From Stylophora pistillata (lineage: Eukaryota): a stretch of 64,000 bases of DNA. Positions 24,301 through 36,300 of the stretch are shown in pieces. The stretch's first letter is position 1; each line of letters opens with the position of its first letter. The notes beneath the pieces are model-generated. The model had not been told where the DNA came from. It saw only the letters and a list, made by a program, of their open reading frames with translations, and did no database searches. The stretch lies in NCBI RefSeq assembly GCF_002571385.2, contig NW_019217789.1, forward strand, positions 656,916 to 720,915. Reading direction: 5' to 3'. A program made the translations under genes and the position numbers.

Positions 24301-27300
24301 AGGACATTAAACGCGAAACATGGCTTTAGTTTTCGAGTTTAGCTCGCAACAACCAATTAAAGAAGAGTGTCGAGACACGCCGACCGCTGAAGTTTGGAGT
24401 TATTTGCTGGAGTTATCATTAAGTTCACCAGTTTGGGGAGCGAGGAACATCTGAAATCTCACATAAAGCCAAGGTGCGCCGAAGGTAAGCTGTATTTATG
24501 ACGAAATCTCCTCCAGTTGTTCGATTTTAGTGTAGGTGAAAAAATCGCGAATGATGGTACATGTGCTGATTCAAACGGTCATAACTTTTGACAAATCGAA
24601 AACGTACAGGGGTTTTTGCATTTTTTTTGCCTGTAAAGGTCTAAAATTAACGGCTGTGTAGGATAGAGTTGTCAACCAGGTCCCAAATCCCAAAACTTAA
24701 CGTCTAAATCAAGGTTATTTACGGCCATCGGCCGATGGCGATTTATAGGGGTCAGAATATGCTAAAATTCATCTTTTCAGATATATTGAGAGAGCAAATT
24801 CTAACTTTCTTGGCAAACTAAAAAGGATTTTAAGCAATCTCATATAAATTCGGTGGCTTAACTATGCGAATCAAATATTTTACAATGTTACTAAATATGC
24901 CTATTTTTCAATTTTTGAGACGTTGCGACGGTCCCAACAGACTGGGAAACAATTATGGCCCCAAACGCAGTCAGAAAATTATTTCCAAACAAACCAAATC
25001 TAATTTAGTTCTTTCCTAAGTAAAGTCTTTCTGTTGACAGAGTTTCAGGCAAAATTATTTTTGACACGAAATTGACCGGGTGGAAATAATAGAGACAACC
25101 TCTTAATCATAATATTCTTTCACCAAATATTTTCAATAGAATAAATATAACTTGACAACAAAATACACTGTTGCACTACGATATATACATGTGTATATAT
25201 AGATAAGAAAGAAAAGTAGAGACCAAACGAAGTGGAAATGGCCGAACGTGACGAAACAAGTTCTTCATCAAGCTAGCTTGACCAAAATTTTCGCTAAAGG
25301 CAGTCCGCTGCATTTCGGTTTGCGAAATCGATACACTTCCTACTTTGCTTAAAAATATTTGTTATTCCGAAAGTCATTTAAGCAATAATAATTCCTTTGT
25401 CGATGCTAAAACTGTCTCAAACCCTGAGGGCTAAATTTTGGTGCCGGGTACCGGGTTCATCATTGTAAAATTCTTAGAATTTCAAGAGTTTCCGCTTTCA
25501 CCACCAGAAAAATATTTGGCAAGTGTAAAGCGCTTTTTTTTGGTTCGTCAAATAAGATTTACATTAACACAATGTAAAGTTTTATTTTTGACATCTGCTA
25601 AACCGAAAAGTACATTTTCATCGCGGTAGTGCGGCAAAGTCCGACTTTTCCCAAGCATTATTTCGATTCAGATTTATTGAACAAATGTAGAAAAGCTTGA
25701 AAATCCAAAAGCATGTTGTGGCTGAAGCGAACGTTGAACGCAGTTGGCCGATAAATCGTGTATTCCGCATCGATAGAACAGTTTGAAGCGTGCACTGGAC
25801 CCATAAGAATTATGTATCCATAACAACCCTTAAAGAAAGGCAATTTAACCAATAACCGCCTATCATAGTAGTGAGATCTGCACTTTTTGGTCCGTTTTCT
25901 GCATATAACAATTCAAAGTCATGATTTCATTAGAAATGAACCGGCTGGAGATCAAAAGGTTCAAAAGCTGTTAATTACGCTGCAGACTTAGGAGTTACGT
26001 GTAAAACACAGTGTGGGCTACTATTCGCATTTTCTTCTGTCGTAGTAGATATAAATAGAGATATTGCGTGGAACTTCCATGACAAAAATGTGCGACAAAA
26101 ATGTGCGACAAAAATGTGCAAAAAGAAACCCGTGAGTGTGTTTTTAGTGTAACTTGATGAGAGTTTTATCTTTAAAGGCTATTAACTCATTACCAGAAAA
26201 AGTGTTTCCAAAACTAGCCAGAGGTTATGACCAGTTTACAGTCTGAAAAATTTTTAATTTCCTCCACTAATCACTTTTTTTTGTTGTTGTTGTTGCTTTT
26301 GTTTTTTTATTTTATATTGTTTTCTTATCGGCCTGTTTGTTTTATAATGCCCTCCCGCGGCTGTCGCTCAGTCCTTTAACCTCGCCCCTTCGAAAAACGA
26401 AGCAGGGAGCCTTGTCCAGAAAGGTAGTTCTGAGAGTACTATGAAACGTAAAATTTTAACCCTGTAAATCCTCAATTCGCGTCTTATTATGTTAATTTCG
26501 GAGTATTTGTGATAAAAGGTGTTTAAAGTTTAGGTATATCATTTCACTATAGTACGCTGCTCTGTTCGAAGCTGACAGGTTTACGCTGTATTAAATACGA
26601 ACAAAAGTGATAGTAAATGAAAACCGAGTACCTCTCTTTGAATGCTCTGATGTTATTTTCTATGTCTGTTCTAAAATACTTATTAGTTATCGCTTCACTC
26701 TCCGTATTACCTNAAACTAGCCAGAGGTTATGACCAGTTTACAGTCTGAAAAATTTTTAATTTCCTTATCACAAAATCTCTTTGTAATATTGTTTAGTCT
26801 TATTGGACCTACATATGGTGGTTGTGTCCACTACACTATCCCTTTAAAGACATTGACAACATATCTACTAACTTTTCTGGTACATTTGCAGACTATATAG
26901 CAAATCATCTTTAAATACATATTATAGTAAAACTTTCCTTTTCCTTTGGACTGAGTTAGTGGATCTTTCTATAGGGACATATCTTCAAACGCAATAAGCC
27001 ATGTTCCAGAGGGATTATTCTTCAACCTGACCAGGCTGGAATATCTGTGCGTGAAATTTTGACTCACCTTACTATATGATTTTTGTCAGCATGTGCAGCG
27101 GTCCTTCCCTCTATTTTTAGCCTAAAAAAGAGCATAGCAAGACTGGCGCAAAGGCATTAGACGAAGAGAAAAAAAACTGTTAAGACCAATGGAAGGGGTA
27201 GGGAAGACAAAAAAAAAAAAAGAAAAGAAAGCTTACTGACGAGTTCAGAGGTTTTTCTCAGGACGTCTTCTATCGAGTCTCGTCAAACGTCACGTGAGAA

Positions 27301-30300
27301 ACAATCATTACCTCCTTCCGCACCTCAGCGAAACAAACGTCGACGCTTTTGTGTGGAGCAAATTTCAATCCCTTCTAAGGCGAGTCCGATTTTATTTGAC
27401 AGTCGACCCGTTTGCATCAGTGGCTTTGATTGATTGAAATTCCCTCATAGACTAGACGGATTCTCGCTCTCAGAAGTTCGTGCGAAACAATCCCGTCAGG
27501 CCTTTCTTTTCCTTCGATGCTCCTTCCTTCCACTAATCACTTTTTTTTGTTGTTGTTGTTGCTTTTGTTTTTTTATTTTATATTGTTTTCTTATCGGCCT
27601 GTTTGTTTTATAATGCCCTCCCGCGGCTGTCGCTCAGTCCTTTAACCTCGCCCCTTCGAAAAACGAAGCAGGGAGCCTTGTCCAGAAAGGTAGTTCTGAG
27701 AGTACTATGAAACGTAAAATTTTAACCCTGTAAATCCTCAATTCGCGTCTTATTATGTTAATTTCGGAGTATTTGTAATAAAAGGTGTTTAAAGTTTAGG
27801 TATATCATTTCACTATAGTACGCTGCTCTGTTCGAAGCTGACAGGTTTACGCTGTATTAAATACGAACAAAAGTGATAGTAAATGAAAACCGAGTACCTC
27901 TCTTTGAATGCTCTGATGTTATTTTCTATGTCTGTTCTAAAATACTTATTAGTTATCGCTTCACTCTCCGTATTACCTTATTTATTTGTTTTTTCCATAG
28001 GGATTTATCTTCAAACGCCATGGGCTCTCTTCCAGGAAGAGCGTTTGTCAAGCTGGAAAGATTACGTTTCCTGTAGGTGAAATTTGACTTGTCCTTTAAA
28101 ATGTTCCGTGTTAGCGAACAGCAATCTTTTCCTTCTTCTTTAAGTTCTTTTAAAAGGGAAAGAGGCATGGTCTAAGCGGAACTCGTACGAAGACATAAGA
28201 AGAAAGGGAAAGGGAGGAAAACGGAAGCTTCCTTCTGAATCCAAAGATTTCAGCGAACGTTCCTAAATGCTTTCACTGATTAAGGCAGCGCCTGTCATGT
28301 CAAGTATTCACTTGAGAGACAAAAGAGAGATTAAACACGGCGTTTACGTTAAACGGCAAACGTCAGCTTGCCCTTTCACGTTTCTAGTAAAATAGCGTGA
28401 GCCTTGCTTCAGCTTCGCGCGAGGTCACGTCACGGTTGATTTGAAGGCGACCCTGTATGACTTACAATATGATTTGCAAGGAATAGTTTTGGGGCCCTTT
28501 TTCCGGCAATAAACTTTTACTCTGGAAAAGAAAATGTGAAAATCTTACGTATAAGGCAAATGCGAAACAGATCCCTTTCATGAAGAAACGGCAAAGCGCA
28601 ACCGGCCAACGTGAAAAAATGGAGGGAAAAAACAAGGTCACGTGGTTACTCTTGCCGTTCACGTTTCTCATAAATGCGGTCATATATCACTCTTTTCCCC
28701 CCTTCCGACAAAGGGTGAACTCCCAAGCAAATATCGTGGCGACAATTTCACCACCCAAGAAATTAATTTCTTATCGGTATGGCAAATCAGAACAGTTAGA
28801 GTTGCGTCCCAAATTTCTGTGTCGAGACAATTTGTAATTTGGGTATTTCCCATGCAATTTGAAACGAAGGAATTCTAATCAAACCTCAGAAAAGGAAAAA
28901 ATCCTCAAGTAAACCCTTTGGAGAGTGGAAACGGCAGACCTACTGGTGTTAAGGCCAAACATGCGAATTCTTGAAGATTGCCTCTGCATTAAATAAATAC
29001 AAATCATTTCTAATGTCTGATGATGGCAAGTCAGTGGATAAGAAATTAAGAACCTTTGTTTAGAGAAAATTTATATATCATATTTTCTCAATTTAAAGCC
29101 CCCGAAGTTTAATTGAGGTGACAGTAGACCTTCGTGGGTGTTCTTCGCAAAAAAAAAAAATTAAGGCGTTATTTGAAGCATAGCCACCATAAACTACATA
29201 TCAATGAAAAGGTTCTGAAATGCACTGTTCGGGAAAAAAATATTTCTTGTCTTGATCTAATCATAAGTGAGCATGCAATACCCTTTTTTTTTTTGGAAAG
29301 CATAACTTCTTCCACAAGAATTCCAATATTATGGAAAAAATTGCTAATCTAATGTACGACATCAATACTACTTCTGCACCAAGTAATATTTCGAATTTGT
29401 TTTCGAAAATTTCCAGCGTTCACTCTTACGGCACACGTTCATCAACGCCTGAGCATTTTTAGACCAAACATTCTGCGCTTAATGTTCAAAGTAAGGCTTT
29501 TTCACGTGTTGGCGTTAGAATCTGGAATGGGAGACCAACTAGTCTTAAAAAACTTTTCACAGAACTCTTTTAAAAAATCCATTAGAACAAAATTAATCGA
29601 AATTCTATAAACTGAAAACTCCTATGTTGAAATAGATACTCTAATTAATAAGATGAAAGTTAACTTCTAATTATGTTTAGTCTGTAGTCGACTCCTAATT
29701 CAAAACAGATACTTTAATTAATACTTGATGAAAGGTTAATTTCTAACTGTAGTTATGTTTGGTATCTAGTCTCTTTAGTCTGTAGTTTTCCTCTTTCCTC
29801 TGTCATGTTGCAATATTATTATGTGAAATTGTCTAATATTACTTTTCAATCGTCTGGCTTGCCGCGACTAGCTCTTCGCTATTCGCAAGCCAGCCTAGTA
29901 ATAACCACCTGATATTTACTTGAAAATAAAATCTCTCTCTCTCTCGCTCTCTAATCATAAACTGAATGGGGCGTGTTTTCAACTTAAAAGCGACCTAAGC
30001 ACGCCTCAGCAAAATTTAACGTTTGCTGATCGAGTGCGAGCAGCGAAGATTGCCTAAGCAAACAACGAACCTTTGAGATTCTTTCGCCATTCCGCCTCGA
30101 GTTTCTTTACCTTTTGTGTGACAGCAAGGCTTCTTGGACTCTTCCTCTATTTTACACTCATATTCATTCTCAAGTTTTAAACGCAGAGTGTTTTGCAGCT
30201 AGAAACGTTAACTGTACGGGAGTCAAGTTATAATTGACTTCCATATTTTGGCGAGCTAGCGATTCATTTCGAAAATATATTTCTGGAAATAACTCGCGTG

Positions 30301-33300
30301 CGTCTCAATATTTTAACAAAAATTTTCCTTGGAAACCATAGATAAAATAATAATGCTTAGTTTGACATGGAAAAAAAATCAAGAAAATTGGCCATCAAAG
30401 GTTTACCGTATCCTTAAAATCGACAGCTTTTAACTGGCGTTTTTTCGAGAAGATATGGTATCTTATTGTCTCCGATTTCATCTCTAAGTTGACACTAAAT
30501 TGTTGATAGGTGAAACATATGGAGAGATTTGTCATCAGGCCAAATACCAGAAATATAATTTGGCTATACTTGATAAAAGATTAACCAATTGCAATTCCTC
30601 ATTACATCCGGCTCGTGAACGAAAGTCTCATTCCTTAAATAAGCCAAATTTTAGGCAACTTTAGGTTCTGTTAGGTTCGGTTTTTTACCACTAAGATTGA
30701 CCATGAACAAGTTAATGATGTCCAGAATGTTTGTCTAGAATGCACCAAGCCTACTGACTCTTTTGCTTGCTTATAAATAAATATCATAACCTTATATCCA
30801 CAAATTAATGTCTAAATAGTCCGCAAAGTCAGGGTCAAGAACATTTATAAATTAGCGGTTAAAAAGCTTTTAAAACTACACGACGTCAACGCTTTTAAAC
30901 TCAAGTGACAACCATGAGTCGGGCAGAGAATAGGCCCGTAGTGCGCATAATAATAAGCATGTAACGTGTAAATGGCAGCTTCAAAATCATTGTAGTAGTG
31001 TTTACTATTGGCAACAGATATGCCTTAGAGTTTTCAAATGCTTAGATTTCTCTTACATTTATTTTCTTAAGCTACATTTACTTTGAAAATTGAGTACATT
31101 TCAAATGGTTACAAGGTGGAATATTCTGTCCTATCACGAAATAAGCATCATTACAAAGCTTTCCTTTTCCTCGTCTTAGTTAATCGCTTTTCCTGCAGGT
31201 ATTTGTCCTCAAACACTATAGGCTCTCTTCCGAAAGGAGTGTTTGACAAGCTGACCTCACTGGAACACCTGTACGTAGAATTTGAGATAGGTAAAACACC
31301 ACCGAAATTGACTATGGTTTTTCGGGTTGATGGGAAACATTTGTTTAAAATTTTACGAACTTAGAAATGGTAAATGGAGTAAAAATTAGCAGACATGAAT
31401 AAAATAAGAAGTTTAATCTTTCCAACTAATATAGTACTTTAAAAAAGAGATTCATCCTCAGAGGCTATTGTAACTATACCAGAGACCGTCCGTATCCAAA
31501 TTAAAATGCTTTTCATTATCTGTGCGCGCTGTGAAAGACTTCACTTTTGTCCATTGAAATTTTCTCCTCGCGTCACTTCAGACAGTTTTGTCGATTCTAT
31601 CATAGAATCCCCATTACATTTTCTCGTGGCTTCAATATTTGATTCTACCATAGGGATCTATCTTCCAACGAAATAAGCTCTCTTCCAGGAGGAGTATTTG
31701 CCAAGCTGACCTTTCTGTGGTTCCTGTACGTAAAATTTGACATACCTCAGTTTATCCTTCAAAATTTTCTGTTTTAACATAAAGAATTGTTGGTTCCAGT
31801 AGTAGTTTCTTTTGCTGTCGTTGTACTTGTCTTTGCAATCGTAATCCGGATGAATCCAAACAGCCTGATCATATCAAATTGCACGTACTACTAGCATTAC
31901 ACAAATTGCGTTATTCAACAGCAATACAAAAGTATAGAGGAGAATTTTTTTCTTCAAAGTTGAGAGATTTTAACTTGCTACTGTAACGAAGCAGTAGGGA
32001 GAAAAGAGAGAGAAAAGATAAGTGGCTTCTAGTTCTTGCTCTAACATTTCCGTTGTCAAAATTGTGTCACTTACGCAGCGATCCATTTGATGCAAAATTG
32101 CCTGACAGCGAGTAACGACTACTCTGTCATTTCCTTTCAGTTCCTAACGACTCCGGAATACATTTATCTTACAGTAGACCAGTTATTTTCACTGTCAAGC
32201 CGATATAAATACTGCCGGCGAACATTGTTTCGAGAGGAGTTCGGAGAATTTTCATGTTTTTTTTTTTTTTTTGCTTCTTTAGCTCTTATATAAGTTTATC
32301 TTCAGCAATTAATTCTAGGACATCTTTGCGAGTCTTCTGGACAAAATATTGAAAATCTTGTGCCCTAGTTTTAACGCAATTACTTCCCGCTTTATATTGA
32401 AAAGAATCTATTTCGCAAAAAATTGTACAGAGCGGTACACTTTGTACTTTCAATTGACTGGTTCACAGAATTCTTTTATTTTCTTCTACGCTAAAAAATA
32501 GCTAGTTATGGAGAGGAGGAAGAGACATGATGCACCTTTTTTCCATGTTTTGTTCCAGTTCTTAAAGGTTTAAAATAATTACTCTCAGGAATGTATTGAG
32601 TCTACCTTTTTCCCTGAGACGATCAATTTTCTACGCAGCAATCGAAGCTGCCACAGCTATTTTTTAACTGAGGCTCTGTTTTAGATTCCTTAGTGGGAAC
32701 AATCTAACGCGTATTCCTTCTCGTGCCTTCTTTTATATGTATCAATGGAGAATTATGTAAGTACACACGAAGAAACTGCTCTTTAAATAATTGACTGCGA
32801 GAGACTGGCGTAATCACCTATGTCTAATGTCTATCGATTCCTTCGAACTTGCTACAGAGTATTCGCAACGATGAAAAACTGCAGCTTCTTTTTTCAAGAT
32901 AGTAGTTAATTGCCAATTCCCAAAGGAAGCATTTTCCATTTTATGCCAGTGGAATAACATTTTATTAACAGATTCAACTTCGTGAGGATGGTGGTAACGA
33001 CGGTAACAAGGACGTTACTTGCCATGACGACGGTTGACGATAACTACTATAATAACGGTACAACAACGAAGACGGTGGTGGCGTTATTTTCTACAAGGAA
33101 CACAATGACGACGGCAATGATTATGATAACGACGATGACGATGATGTAAACATCAACAACTAAGATATTTTGTCTTTTTATCTCTTACCTGTAGATCACT
33201 ATCCGATAATCCTTTGGTAACAATTGACTCGGAGGCATTTCATTTCCGCACATCTGTAACCAGTAGATTGTAAGTAATCTTATTTGTTATTAAAATTTGT

Positions 33301-36300
33301 TTTACTGCTCCCCGAGTGGAAGAAAGAAACCTATGTCATAAATGTTAAACCTCGATAGCTCAACTAAGGGCCTACACTGGCTGAAAATCCTTAAAATCTT
33401 GTGTTTACCTCCAATAATTAGACTGCTTTAGAATCTACAAATTAGGATGGCGATTTGGGGTAATGGTACGGCTGGTATTTCAAAACCAATGGTCCCTTAT
33501 TCTTGTTCTTTTATAGAGATAAACTATTCTTCAGTCTTCTGACAGGCCACTCTTTTCTAAGCCTTATCTGACAGCGGCTCTGTTGCGAAATCTCAGGTTT
33601 AAAAAGATCATTCGCTTTGATAAATTGTACACACCATTCTTATATGACCAAATATGGTATTCTTTGTTTCCGTACCTGATAGCGACGCCATCCCAACGAG
33701 TGCCTTTAACAAACTCTGCTTTTTCATTGTATTGTCATAGATTTCTTCTGCGAACAAACTTAAAATTATTCAACTCTGACTCATTAACGAACTTCGACGC
33801 TGGCGATTTCAAGCTGTAAAGTATCCGACGAGTGTTTAACGAAATTTTATCATTGTTATCTGTATAAATCATTATGCGAACAATTCAACATAATATTTCA
33901 TAAATATAAGTAAATCCAGAGAATCCTACGTGCCCAGGTGGAGAAGGAACAAGAGAAATCCTATAATAGAATGCACAGTAATGCTCCGTCAGAATGATTT
34001 ATCTTTCCCACGCCAGACACGTGCTTACGAGTGAACTTCTCACTTCGACGGGTTTGATACAAACCCTAATAACCAGCTCCCAGTTGTCGTGTTAGTATCG
34101 CAGAGGTCATGGATTCAAATCCCGTACGGACCTGAATTTTTTTCAAGCTTTATTTCCACTACTACATAAGTAAGGTCCTTTACTGCGAGGATCGCTCTCA
34201 TACGAAGGTATTTTATGAGTAAGCCCCATCGATTATTGTAATCCCAGTATATCTTTAGTTGCACTTCTGTTTCAGAAACTTATGGGAAAGAATTCCTCGC
34301 ATCATAAATTACTACCATAACAACAAGACCACGCTGGAAGTACATATGTAAGTACGATGTTTTATATATGAACTTCATATATTCATTGTATCTCATTTAC
34401 GATGTTTTGTATGTTTGGGAAAAGGATGCTAACAAGCATCTGTCACAAAATCAATCTGTTCGATATAATCAAAAGCATAAATTCAGACAAATGAGATGAG
34501 TTTTGTTCGAGGGTTTCTTTAGTTTACCTTGAGAGACACAACCTATACTTTTGTAATTTAAAATGAAAAGCTACGTGAGATACGAAGCAAAAATGTTCTT
34601 GGAGTATCCTTAAAAATGCATTGTTTCTCCCAACAATTACTCACAATGCAAAGTCAAAAGCCTTTCGATCAAAACCCTTGTGTCAGTTTGAATGGTTGAT
34701 AAACTTTTCTCTGTCAGTGTGGATAATACCTACATGTAAATTTAGCCAAGCCTAAAAGTTAGTAAAATTTTTCTTCTCTTTACCCAATTGGAACTTTCCC
34801 TGGCTGAACAACAACCTTCATAACAATTAATTTACAGTAATTTAGAGACTGGTCAACGTGGTACTTGTAACAAAATAGTATCTTCCACGTGAACTTTGGT
34901 GCTCAATTTTATCCTTAGAAATCCTATAGATCCACACAGAGAAGTTTTTAGAGTCCCCGCTATGGAGGACTTGACTCTTTCGGATGCTTTGCTAAGCATG
35001 GGTTTCACAAGAACTTACGATCACCCTTACGGTATATATCGACCGTGTCAATTGGGAACGTTTTCAAACGGAAATGGAAAGTGTACAGAATGTCCTCCTG
35101 GTACGTTATGTTGTGATTTAGTTTACTACCTTCAGAAGAAGTAGATCCGTTTTAAAACGACTTAGAAAGGCCAAATTCCATCTGTAGAAGGCGATGCTCG
35201 TATAGCTGAAAAAAACTTGTTATCATTATCAAAGCACCATGATAATCAAGGAGAATTTTGAGATATAACTCACATAATTAGAGAAAAGACAGAAGTGCCC
35301 GATTATGTCACTAACAGTTCAAGTCTTCATAATGATATATTGTTTGTTCCTTTATTGGGTCTTTTTTTTTTATTTGAAACTTGAAACGATCTTTGCTCGT
35401 TTAAAAAGAAGTCACTGAAGTCCTCTTTTAATTCTACCTCGCTTTCTCTTGGCTTTCCATGGCTAACAAGTTATGTGAACTTTTACCAGGCGGTTTCTAC
35501 TCTGATACTCTTGCTTACGTTGCGGAAAGCTGTAAGGAATGTCCGAATGGATCCTACGTCCCCTACGACAAAAAACCAGGAAGATCAATTCTAGAATGCG
35601 TGGCGTGCCCCCTGGGTAATAATTGTAATTACCCATGATTGTTTACCATCTCAGCACCTACTGTTTGTCAAAATTTTTAAGTGGATGAGTCGAATGGCTA
35701 AAAAAAATTCAAATGTAAATAAATATGATCGTTGATAAGAAAAGGTTGCAAATGGGAAAGTAATTTTCCATAGATAAACATCGGCGGAAGGGTAACAATG
35801 TTGTCATTTTCAACAAGACCTTCAATTCACGCATTATGAAAAGAGAAAGTGAAGGGTATTGAGGTGAAACTTTTAAATATTCCAAAACATCCCTTTACAT
35901 TCTTCCCTTGATCTGCAAGTAAAAACAATACCGTCGTTGTGCATGCATCACCGGTTTTACAAGTTTACAGACAGATTTTAAGAATAATGGCTGTCGTAAC
36001 TAAAACTATAAATATTGGATATGCCTCATACCCTCATTGAGGTATGAATATATTTGAAACTATGGTAAAAAAGAAATACAATCATCGTTGCTTTTTTTTT
36101 TTTTCAGTTCGAACTAAGAGAAGAACGAAACATAAAGAATGCTTTTCGTTTAATAGCGTCACAACTTACCTATAAGCATGCGTACAACACTGTTTGAAGT
36201 CAAAACCTTACCTCGATAACACTCACAATTTTCTAAATTTTAACAGGAACTGAAAGTGACTTTTTAGCTGGATATCGTGCCTGTCCGTGTTTGGAAGGAT

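Noticed and set aside
31199-31270. LRR closely resembling agnathan VLR cassettes (LPKGVFDKLT)
   Set aside because: This is the general typical-LRR consensus. The units are spliced exons, with no evidence for somatic assembly or VLR homology.
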